From Prevotella phage Lak-A1: DNA of 32,000 nt. The stretch lies in the sequence record MK250016.1. The stretch is one strand, 5' to 3'. Shown piece after piece: positions 22,901 to 31,304 of this stretch (positions are counted from its first letter, which is position 1; each line of letters opens with the position of its first letter). A program made the translations under genes and the position numbers. The notes beneath the pieces were generated by a model. It searched no databases and was not told the origin of the DNA. It worked only from the letters and a program-made list of their open reading frames with translations.

Positions 22901-25108
22901 TTAATTATATGTATTTTCATACTCCAATAGTTTTTCCTTAGCATATTCTATTGTTATATGAAGTTGTTTTTCATCAGTTGCTGGCATTTTATACATATCA
23001 TCAGATAATAATGCTTCTACAATACCTCTTAAACCTCTTGCACCTAATTTATTCTTTATTGATAATTTAACAATATAATCATATACATCATCATCAATAA
23101 TAAGTTCAATACCATCTAATTCAAATAATTTTTTGAATTGTTTTATAATTGCATTCTTAGGTTCAATCAATATTCTTTTCAAATCTTCTTCTGATAATGG
23201 ATTAAGATATGTAATAATTGGAAGACGTCCAATTAATTCCGGTATTAAACCAAAATTCTTAAAATCTTCAGCATTTGCATATTTAAGAATATTATTATTT
23301 TCTTTATCTTCTATATATTGTTTATTCTCATCTTTAGATATAAAACCTAATGAAGATTTATTCATACGTCTTTCAATAATTTTATCTAAACCTACAAAAG
23401 CGCCTCCACAAATAAACAAAATATTTTTTGTATCAACTTGAACCATTTTTGCATCAGGATGTTTTCTGCCTCCCTTTGGCGGAACATTTACAACAGTACC
23501 TTCAATAATCTTAAGTAACGCTTGTTGAACACCTTCACCTGAAACATCTCTTGTTATAGACGGATTACCTCCAGACTTTCTTGCAATCTTATCACAATTA
23601 CCAGTAACAGTAACAAAATTATTTTGACGAATCATTATCATACCGCTAGGAACAGTAACACAATATACATCATCAGTAAAATCTTTATATACTTTTAATA
23701 ATTTACTGTGTTGAGACATATATTTTTTATTTTTTATTACACAACAATATGAAATATTATATCCTTTTTTATATCTATTATGAATAGAACAACTCATACC
23801 AGAAGTATGAGCAATAGTTTGTATAAATAACATTTCATCTAATTTAGAACTTGTAAAATATATATTATCATTATAATAATTTAATAATCCATCCCAATAT
23901 CTTAATTCATTTAAGAATAATTTCTTTTGTCTTATAGATGCGGTTATTAAACAATCTAGACATAATGTTTTCTTTCCATCCTTAAAAAATGGCATATTAG
24001 ATATATCACCAAAATAAAAATTATGGTAACTATTTTTTTCATTAAATGTATATGTATATTTTATATGTAAATTATTTAATATTTCATTTAATCTATTATA
24101 TTTTCGTTCTTTTTTAACGGTTAAATAACCATATTTACCATTTTTTATACAACCATCTGCAGCAAATGCCACTATAAATTTTAACATATCATCAGATATA
24201 TCTATATCATTTCCGTCAAAAATACCTGTAACCGGGAAATCATATCCTTGATTTAATGATTTTTCTGCAATTACTTTTTTAATTATATATTTATCTCTGT
24301 ATTTGCCATGACTAATAACAACTCTATTATGATTTGGTGTAGATGTATGTATTATTTGACCTGTTTTTGAATTTTGCAATGATAATAATCCATTTAAACA
24401 CTTATGCTTTACTATCCTTTCAGAATTTACTAATGACATTGTGCTATCACTATTCCATTGCATTATCTTTGTAGAATCTGTTAAATCTTTAAAAGAAATA
24501 AAACCATTTTCCGTCATTACTTCAGTATTTCCATCAAAACATTCATCTAAGAATACTATGCCATGTTCTGCTTTCTTAACATCATAATCACATGCTTGGA
24601 GAAGTCTTGTAATAGAAGTTTCTACATCATCACCTACGTAACCTGCTTCTGTAATTGAATTGCAATCTACTATGCTAATAGGCACATCTAACATTTTTGC
24701 AATTGATTTCACTAATAACGTTTTTCCAACACCAGTTTCCCCACAAAGTATGCAATTTGACTTCTCAATTTCAACATCATCAAATCCTTTTTGCTTTATT
24801 CGTTTATAATGGTTATAAACTGCAACCGCTAATCTTTGTTTTGCTTTATCTTGCCCAATAACATATTGATCTAGGAATTCTTTAATCTCTGTAGGTTTCT
24901 TTACATCATCTTTATGAAATTCATCTTCTGGTATAAAATTTGTATTATGATTAATTATACTAAGATTCATATTATATATTTGATCACAACACTCATTACA
25001 TATACTACCAAATTCACCATTAAATAATAATGCAACATCTTTTTTTGTTTTACCACAAAATGAACATTTGTTTTCTTTATTTGTATCTTTATCTTTCTTA
25101 ACTGCCAT
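22901..25108 (-). CDS. clpX: ATP-dependent Clp protease ATP-binding subunit ClpX, interrupted by an in-frame intein
   Basis: Zinc-binding domain [17 protein letters not shown]...CNEC; Walker A GETGVGKT; 'FLDE...[34 protein letters not shown]'; '[15 protein letters not shown]'. The 315-aa insertion separates FLDE from CDKIARK. Confidence 0.95.
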   Translation of the reverse strand: MAVKKDKDTNKENKCSFCGKTKKDVALLFNGEFGSICNECCDQIYNMNLSIINHNTNFIPEDEFHKDDVKKPTEIKEFLDQYVIGQDKAKQRLAVAVYNHYKRIKQKGFDDVEIEKSNCILCGETGVGKTLLVKSIAKMLDVPISIVDCNSITEAGYVGDDVETSITRLLQACDYDVKKAEHGIVFLDECFDGNTEVMTENGFISFKDLTDSTKIMQWNSDSTMSLVNSERIVKHKCLNGLLSLQNSKTGQIIHTSTPNHNRVVISHGKYRDKYIIKKVIAEKSLNQGYDFPVTGIFDGNDIDISDDMLKFIVAFAADGCIKNGKYGYLTVKKERKYNRLNEILNNLHIKYTYTFNEKNSYHNFYFGDISNMPFFKDGKKTLCLDCLITASIRQKKLFLNELRYWDGLLNYYNDNIYFTSSKLDEMLFIQTIAHTSGMSCSIHNRYKKGYNISYCCVIKNKKYMSQHSKLLKVYKDFTDDVYCVTVPSGMIMIRQNNFVTVTGNCDKIARKSGGNPSITRDVSGEGVQQALLKIIEGTVVNVPPKGGRKHPDAKMVQVDTKNILFICGGAFVGLDKIIERRMNKSSLGFISKDENKQYIEDKENNNILKYANAEDFKNFGLIPELIGRLPIITYLNPLSEEDLKRILIEPKNAIIKQFKKLFELDGIELIIDDDVYDYIVKLSIKNKLGARGLRGIVEALLSDDMYKMPATDEKQLHITIEYAKEKLLEYENTYN
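23597..24541 (-). other. Intein within ClpX (315 aa), class-1-like Cys1, possibly with a degenerate LAGLIDADG-type endonuclease domain
   Basis: Starts [20 protein letters not shown] (block A), '[11 protein letters not shown]' (block B TxxH), '[11 protein letters not shown]' resembling a DOD motif, ends '[26 protein letters not shown]' before Cys+1 (blocks F/G). Confidence 0.88.
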
Positions 25109-25225
25109 AATTAAAAACTAAAACTTAAATAACTATAATAACAACATATATTATATATTATGTAATAAATAAAGTTTAAAAATAATACAAATAAATAACT
25201 AAGAACAAATTTATTAAAAAAAAGA

Positions 25226-26608
25226 ATGTAGACCATAAAAATTAAATATACAATAAACGATAATGATAAATTATTGCTTAATGATTATATTAGACAGTAT
25301 AATCATGTATATCGTGTTGCATTTAATAATTTATAGTCACATAAGAAAAATAAATTATCCGAATTAACAAATTTAAACAATATAGATTTATTAGATAGTT
25401 GGTTTATATAGTCTGCTAATTATGAAGTGAAAACTTTATATAAATTAGTTGGTGATAAAAAAGTTATATTTGGTGGAAGAAAAAACTTTATAAAAAGATG
25501 TTAGAATAAGATTTCATATGATGAATATAATTCTTATAGATTTCAACCATTATGTAGTTATGGTGAAAAGAAATCAGGTACGAAATCTGTTCATGGAAAT
25601 AGAAAATTTAAATTATCAGATGACCTAATATTTATAACATTAAAATTAAAAGAAAGAAAAATTAAAATTAATCTACCAAAATATTTACATTCAAATATCA
25701 AATATATACTTAAAAATGTATATGTACACCAAATATTAGATGATACACCTATTACATATAAAATAGATTATAATTATGTATATATTCAGTTTGATGAATC
25801 TGTAATTTTAAATAAAAATAATAATTTAGATAAAATATAGAATCGCGTATTATCATTAGATTTAAATCCTAATTATATAGGTTGGTCTATAGTTGATTGG
25901 AAGTCAGAGAATGAATTCAATGTTATCAAATCAGGTGTTTATTCTATAAAGAATTTAAATGATAAAGTTTTTAATTTAAAAAATAAAGGTTACTCATCAG
26001 ATTCTAGTGAAAGAAAATATATTTCAGATAAGCGTAATTTTGAGACAATATAGATAGTAAAGAATATAGTTAATAAATCTATATATTATAAATGTCAACT
26101 TATTTCTATAGAGGATTTAAATATTAAATCTTCAGATTTTAATAAAGGTAAGCGACTCAATAAGTTAATTAATAATTCATGGTGTAGAAATACATTTGTA
26201 AATAATTTAACTAAAAGATGTAATATTCATAATATGAAATTATTAAAGGTTAAACCAGAATATTCAAGTTTTATTGGTAATTTCTTATATCGTTCATTAA
26301 ATTTACCGGATATGATATTGGCTTCAATAGAAATAGGAAGACGAGGATATGAATTTTATAATCAATATATAAGTAAAGTAAAAGAAATTAAAAAGAATAT
26401 AATAAAACCAGATCTAAATATGTTTAATAGATTGTATCTTAAGTCGTTGGAAGAATTTAAGTTACAACCAATATACAAAGATTTGATTGAATTATATTAC
26501 TTCTTCAAAAAGTCTAAAATGATGTATAGACTTTCTATAGATTAGTTTAATCTATAGTTTTCTAGCTTATTTTCGAATACTTCATATATAGGGTATTTTT
26601 GTTTTTAA
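25226..26608 (+). CDS. TnpB/Cas12-like RuvC-fold nuclease (TnpB-related), TAG-recoded, ~460 aa
   Basis: ATG-TAG start, 8 in-frame TAGs, TAA at 26606..26608. RuvC-I-like 'RVLSLDLNPNYIGWSIVDW', RuvC-II-like 'CQLISIEDLNIKSSDFNKGKRLNKLINNSWCRNTFVNNLTKRC', RuvC-III-like 'MKLLKVKPEYSSFIGNFLYRSLNLPDMILASIEIGRRGYEF'. The track shows only 26234..26545. Confidence 0.75.
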
Positions 26609-26723
26609 AATTATACATAATGATATAGTTTATTAAAAAACATTATAAAATAAGTACATTATAGTCAAAAATTTGTTAATTGTTTATTTTATAAATAATA
26701 AAAGTAATCAGGTAATTAAATAT

Positions 26724-26921
26724 ATGAAAAATAATAAAAAGTCTCCTATTAAAAATAAAAATATAAAAGGAAAAATAGGTTCTGAAGGCGGTTATTATAT
26801 TGATAACTGTCCTGTTTTAATTCCTAAAGAAAATATTAAATTTTTTACTGCAATGCAAAAAGCATGTTCAGTCAATCCATATGGAAATTATGGAAATGCA
26901 TATAATAAGAAATTATTGTAA
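26724..26921 (+). CDS. Small hypothetical protein (65 aa)
   Basis: MKNNKKSPIKNKNIKGKIGSEGGYYIDNCPVLIPKENIKFFTAMQKACSVNPYGNYGNAYNKKLL; ATG inside track ORF 26673..26921; terminator follows. Confidence 0.6.
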   Translation: MKNNKKSPIKNKNIKGKIGSEGGYYIDNCPVLIPKENIKFFTAMQKACSVNPYGNYGNAYNKKLL

Positions 26922-26923
26922 TA

Positions 26924-26969
26924 AAAAAGAAGATATAAGTTTTTCAAAATTAACTTATATCTTCTTTTT
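26924..26969. terminator. Bidirectional terminator between convergent genes
   Basis: AAAAAGAAGATATAAGTT / AACTTATATCTTCTTTTT, perfect 18-bp stem, 10-nt loop. Confidence 0.88.
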
Positions 26970-26990
26970 ATTTTATATATTAATTTGTAA

Positions 26991-27539
26991 TTAAAATTTT
27001 AAACCATTCATCATTTCAAAAACCTTAATCTTATTATTAATTCCATAAATAATATTATCAATAGTTGAAATAGTATCTTTCATATATTTACAAAAATTAT
27101 CTAATAAATCTACTGATTCTTTTTCTGCTGACAACTGAGATTCTATTTGTAAATTAATAGCACTTTCATTTGTATAACGAATACCAGAAGATCCTGATTT
27201 CAAAGCTAAATATATACTTGATGCTTTTGTTTTATAATCTCTTGTTTGTTTACTTAAAATTTTTGCTGTTCCATAAAATAAATCTATTGCTTCTTGTCTT
27301 TTCAAATAAACTTCATTCATTAATCCATCTATAGATTTAAGATCTTTCATACGTTCATTAAGAGACTTTATAATATCAGTCCATTTATCCTGTAAATTTG
27401 TTAATGAATTTTCCAAAGAATTCTGCTGTTGTGTATTTGTTTGTACAGATGTATTATTAACACCAGAATTATTTTGAATTGAATTATTATCTATATTATT
27501 TATTGTATTATTATCTTGCTGTGTATTTTCTTCATTCAT
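26991..27539 (-). CDS. Hypothetical protein with N/Q-rich N-terminus and coiled-coil-like body (182 aa)
   Basis: Intact ATG-TAA ORF; 'NNTINNIDNNSIQNNSGVNNTSVQTNTQQQ' then helical region. Confidence 0.75.
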   Translation of the reverse strand: MNEENTQQDNNTINNIDNNSIQNNSGVNNTSVQTNTQQQNSLENSLTNLQDKWTDIIKSLNERMKDLKSIDGLMNEVYLKRQEAIDLFYGTAKILSKQTRDYKTKASSIYLALKSGSSGIRYTNESAINLQIESQLSAEKESVDLLDNFCKYMKDTISTIDNIIYGINNKIKVFEMMNGLKF

Positions 27540-27660
27540 ATAATTAAAGAACTATTCTTTATACATTATATATATAATAAAAAATAAAGTCTTAAATGAA
27601 TAATTTAATTAAAATCATATTTTAAAAATAATTTCAATCTCTAAAATGATCTACCTTCTA

Positions 27661-27750
27661 AAAAAGAAAGAACCAAAGAAAAAGTAATCAAAAAGAAAGA
27701 ACCAAAGAAAAAGTAATCAAAAAGAAAAGAACCAAAAGAAAATTAATTTT
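27661..27750. repeat. Tandem repeat, 29-bp period, about 3 copies (last one degenerate)
   Basis: 'aaaagaaagaaccaaagaaaaagtaatca' repeated at 27661, 27690 and 27719. Confidence 0.85.
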
Positions 27751-27787
27751 TCAATTTTAAATAAAATTTTTATTTAATTTTTTAAAT

Positions 27788-27920
27788 ATCTATCATTACC
27801 TTAATATCTTAATATTAATTATACTTGAGTTTTGTGAAAAAGTCTACATTTTTGTGAAAAAAGTTTAATAAAAATTAAAAATAATTTATAACTAATTGAT
27901 AATCAATAATATTTATATGA
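27788..27920. repeat. Long imperfect direct repeat, copy 1 (possible duplicated promoter/leader)
   Basis: atctatcattaccttaatat...attatacttgagttttgtgaaaaagtctacatttttgtgaaaaaa...aataatttataactaattgataatcaataatattta; matches copy 2. Confidence 0.75.
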
Positions 27921-28065
27921 TAATTTATACAAATTCTAAATAATATTAATAAAAAATACTTACATTTCCGAAAAACTTACCTTACTAAATTCATTAAATA
28001 AATAGAATAAAAATTAAATTAAAATTACAAATTTAAAAATAAAATTTTTCATATATTATATATAG

Positions 28066-28198
28066 ATCTATCACAACCTTAAATACTAACATATTTATTA
28101 TACTGGACTTTTGGGGAAAAGTCTACATTTTTGAGAAATATTTTTAATAAATTTTAAAAATAATTTATAAGTAATTGAAAATCAAATAATTTAGATAT
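28066..28198. repeat. Long imperfect direct repeat, copy 2, directly upstream of the baseplate gene start
   Basis: atctatcacaaccttaaata...attatactggacttttggggaaaagtctacatttttgagaaa...aataatttataagtaattgaaaatcaaataatttagata immediately before ATG 28199. Confidence 0.75.
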
Positions 28199-28969
28199 AT
28201 GAGCATTAGCAAAAATAATACAAAACAAGTAAAAACAGGTGTAGTTGAATCAATAGATGATCCTACATGTTCTGGACGTGTGAAAGTGAGAGTTGCTGGA
28301 TTACATGATAACATAGCAACAGAGAATTTACCATGGTGTAATTATGCTGGTTCTGGTATGTTTTCAGGATCAGGTGGTGGTTAGATTTCAATACCACGTG
28401 TAGGAACAAAAGTAAGAGTAAGATTTGCATAGGATGATGTCAATGCTATGGAATGGTATGGTACAAATTCAATAGATAGAAAATTATCAGAAGAAATTGC
28501 TTCAGATTATGAAGGTTCTTAGGTTCTTCTTTATGATTCTGAATATGATTTGTCTATCAAGTTTCAACCTGGTTCTGGATTGGCATTTTATTATAAAGGT
28601 TCATATATGCAAATGACACCTGATAATACTATAACTATTCATTATGGACCTGATGAAACAACAGGTGTTTAGATTTAGTTAACAGATGGAAAGGTTTATA
28701 TATAGGCACCATAGCAGATTAATATAACATCTGGCAATGAAGTTAATATTGAAGGGAAGATTATAACTTTAAATGGAACATCTGCTGTTCGTATAAAAGG
28801 AACAACACCGAATACATGTGCTGTTAATGCGACACAACTTATGACATTGTTATAGACAATGGCAACAAATATAGATACAAAATTAGGATAGTCAAAATCT
28901 GGTATTTGCGCTGCTACTGTTTCCGGTTCTAAAGAGAAAATAATGAATCAACATATCCTTTATATTTAA
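28199..28969 (+). CDS. Baseplate spike / assembly protein V-like (gp5/gpV OB-fold) protein, TAG-recoded (256 aa)
   Basis: 'TGVVESIDDPTCSGRVKVRVAGLH...LPWCNYAG...ISIPRVGTKVRVRFAQDD' OB-fold signature; then beta-helix-like 'INITSGNEVNIEGKIITLNGTSAVRIKG'. Nine in-frame TAGs, TAA at 28967..28969; track shows only the first 61 aa. Confidence 0.88.
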
Positions 28970-29200
28970 TAATGTACGTGTACATTATATAGTATTAGAA
29001 TGAGATATTTTCATTGTTACAGTATAAGTATACTGGATCAAGAAAAACATTAAAAAATTGAGAGATTTCTTATGTTTTTCTTATGTTTTTGAAGAAAAAA
29101 TATAAGTTTTTTGAGATATTATTTTTTATTATGGAAAAATATGTGTATCTTTGTATTGTGATTAAAAAATAAAAGATATAACAATTAAAAAATAAAAAAT

Positions 29201-29851
29201 ATGAGTACAATTAAAGATATTTTCGTTGGTAAGAAAACACGTAATTCAATCTATACAGCAGATGCTATTAAGAATCTGCTTGTGAAGATTGCATGTGGTA
29301 AGACAAAGTATAATCTTACTACAAAGACAGGTAAGAAGTGCTTCTACAATGAAGTTTATCATGCAATGAGCAAGTATTTCATGTTGGATATTGTGAATAA
29401 GAATCTGAAAGAATTCGGTATTGGTTCTGAAGAATCACTTGCAACAGCATTTATCGATAATAAAGAATTTCTTATTAATGAATGTAAGTTGAATCTTTCA
29501 GGTTTGGTTATTGAATCAAAATTTGAAAAGAAAGCAAAGGCATACATTAAGAAGTATGGAAATGGAATTGTACCGCCAACTGATGATAATGAATCTAAAC
29601 TTTCAGATTTGGAACGTTGTGTTGTTGTACGAACAAAGTATGGTACACATGACCCGTTGATGTATACTATTAAAGGTGCATTAACAACAGATATTGCAGA
29701 TAGTGTGAAAGCTATGTATGCATATGAATCAGGTTGTAATTATTATGAGGCTCGACCAATTCTTTATACTACATGGATTAATCTTCCAGATGAATATAAA
29801 AATGCATCTCGTCCATGTGAAGAGGATGATTTGAAGAACGTAAATGAGTAA
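29201..29851 (+). CDS. Hypothetical protein (216 aa)
   Basis: Intact ORF with no TAG, ATG to TAA. Confidence 0.85.
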   Translation: MSTIKDIFVGKKTRNSIYTADAIKNLLVKIACGKTKYNLTTKTGKKCFYNEVYHAMSKYFMLDIVNKNLKEFGIGSEESLATAFIDNKEFLINECKLNLSGLVIESKFEKKAKAYIKKYGNGIVPPTDDNESKLSDLERCVVVRTKYGTHDPLMYTIKGALTTDIADSVKAMYAYESGCNYYEARPILYTTWINLPDEYKNASRPCEEDDLKNVNE

Positions 29852-29910
29852 TATAAAACAAAAAGAAATGTTTAGAATATAAATATCTAAACATTTCTTT
29901 TTTTATTAAT

Positions 29911-30441
29911 ATGACAGATAGAAAGTATATTAAATATGTAATTGATGAAGTTGTATTCAGAGAATTTCCAGATGAAGTTACATTGGCATTAAATATATCA
30001 GGTTGTCCAAATAATTGTCCTGGTTGTCATTCATCATATTTAGCAAATGATATAGGTACTGAATTAACAGAAGATGTATTGGATAAACTAATTAATGATA
30101 ATAAAGGTATTACCTGTATAGGTTTTATGGGTGGGGATAATAATCCTAAAGAAGTTGTAAGATTATCAATGTATGTTAAAGAGAAATACCCAAATTTACA
30201 TACTGGTTGGTATTCTGGTAGAGAAGTATTTCCATTACATCATGGTACTTTTGATTATATTAAATTAGGACCATGGAAAGAAGAATGTGGACCGCTAACA
30301 TCAAAGACGACAAATCAGGTTATGTATATGAAAGTAGATGGTGGTATAGATAATCCAATATTTGTTGATATTACAAAGAAAGCATTTCAATCTTCAAAAC
30401 CATGGGAAACTGATTATTTGGAGAATAATGACAATGTGTAA
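29911..30441 (+). CDS. nrdG: Anaerobic ribonucleoside-triphosphate reductase activating protein (radical SAM)
   Basis: Radical SAM CxxxCxxC: 'LALNISGCPNNCPGCHSSYL'; 'CIGFMGGDNNPKEV', 'GWYSGRE', 'DYIKLGPWKEECGPL' typical of NrdG. Confidence 0.9.
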   Translation: MTDRKYIKYVIDEVVFREFPDEVTLALNISGCPNNCPGCHSSYLANDIGTELTEDVLDKLINDNKGITCIGFMGGDNNPKEVVRLSMYVKEKYPNLHTGWYSGREVFPLHHGTFDYIKLGPWKEECGPLTSKTTNQVMYMKVDGGIDNPIFVDITKKAFQSSKPWETDYLENNDNV

Positions 30442-30443
30442 AA

Positions 30444-30542
30444 ATGAAAGGTAAATGTTACAAATTACATATAGTTTTGAGTAAATTAACAGATCTAGAT
30501 CAGAAAATGATCCATTTTTATGCTGAAAAGCATATTTTTTGA
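30444..30542 (+). CDS. Possible small ORF (32 aa), doubtful
   Basis: MKGKCYKLHIVLSKLTDLDQKMIHFYAEKHIF ending TGA, starts 2 nt after the nrdG stop. Confidence 0.35.
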   Translation: MKGKCYKLHIVLSKLTDLDQKMIHFYAEKHIF

Positions 30543-30685
30543 AAACAATTAGATAAATAAAATGTAAGATAGTTAAAGAATTTGATTATAGATAGTTATT
30601 AAAATAAATTACAAATATATAAAGAAATTAAAAAACGGTTTTCACAAACAGTTTTCTAAAATTAAAAATAAATTGAATTTACGTT

Positions 30686-30790
30686 ATGAGAACAATTATG
30701 AACGCAGTTAAGAATGCTTGGACAGCATACTGTAATGGTAATTACGAAATGAATAAGGCGGTTTATGAAGCAGGGCTTATTCTTATGTAA
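30686..30790 (+). CDS. Miniprotein (34 aa)
   Basis: MRTIMNAVKNAWTAYCNGNYEMNKAVYEAGLILM; preceded by the leader aaattgaatttacgtta shared with the next ORF. Confidence 0.5.
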   Translation: MRTIMNAVKNAWTAYCNGNYEMNKAVYEAGLILM

Positions 30791-30843
30791 TTTAAAAAAA
30801 GATAGTTAGAAAAATTTTAAAATTAAATTTACGTTAGTTGATT

Positions 30844-30990
30844 ATGAAAAGAATTTTTAGTTTATTGAAGCGTGCTGGTAAAGCATACTGCAAAGCATAT
30901 ACAGAAGCTAACACTATTGATTTAGGCAATGGTAAAGTTGCATACATTGGCGGTACTTGTGGCAATATGGGCGTTGTATATGTAGCTTAA
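30844..30990 (+). CDS. Miniprotein (48 aa), Gly-rich C-terminus
   Basis: MKRIFSLLKRAGKAYCKAYTEANTIDLGNGKVAYIGGTCGNMGVVYVA; similar leader aaattaaatttacgtta and KxAxxAYC motif. Confidence 0.55.
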   Translation: MKRIFSLLKRAGKAYCKAYTEANTIDLGNGKVAYIGGTCGNMGVVYVA

Positions 30991-31029
30991 GTTTTAAGCA
31001 AAGATGAAGTATTTTTATTGACACACATT

Positions 31030-31077
31030 CAAATGAGCAATCCGGCTCATTTGATTCGGTTATGGTTGGATTCCATA
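31030..31077 (+). ncRNA. Tandem hairpins of unknown function
   Basis: CAAATGAGC-aatccg-GCTCATTTG (9-bp stem) followed by TATGG-ttggatt-CCATA (5-bp stem, 7-nt loop). Confidence 0.4.
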
Positions 31078-31107
31078 TAAATAGTAAAAATTATTTAGTG
31101 TTTTGTG

Positions 31108-31236
31108 ATGTATTCATCTTTATTTTTAGAAAGTTATTTAATCCTTAATGGATATTCATATAATAGGAATAATGATGATATGATTTAGGAATATTATAAT
31201 CATATCAATAGTAATATAAAAGAGGAAATAGTTTAA
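31108..31236 (+). CDS. Possible TAG-containing small ORF (42 aa), stop inside the following terminator
   Basis: MYSSLFLESYLILNGYSYNRNNDDMI-TAG-EYYNHINSNIKEEIV. Confidence 0.3.
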
Positions 31237-31260
31237 TGTTAAAAAACTATTTCCTCTTTT
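31218..31260. terminator. Strong hairpin terminator
   Basis: AAAAGAGGAAATAGTTT / AAACTATTTCCTCTTTT, perfect 17-bp stem, 9-nt loop, T tract follows. Confidence 0.85.
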
Positions 31261-31304
31261 TTTAATATAATAAACATAATAAAAAGTAATAGATTACTTA
31301 AATA

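Noticed and set aside
23133-23441. Plus-strand ORF antisense to clpX
   Set aside because: clpX coding is unambiguous; the antisense frame is a codon-bias by-product.
25226-26608. Simple IS200/IS605 insertion element
   Set aside because: No TnpA, no terminal subterminal palindromes seen, and the gene has phage-style TAG recoding, so it is more likely domesticated; full-element boundaries would need a comparison with an empty site.
27661-27750. CRISPR array
   Set aside because: The 29-bp units are contiguous tandem copies without variable spacers, and no cas1/cas2 genes are visible.
31030-31087. tRNA gene (possible amber suppressor) suggested by the T-arm-like hairpin
   Set aside because: Loop is TTGGATT rather than TTCRANY, no matching 7-bp acceptor stem, no D-arm and no CTA anticodon loop could be assembled.
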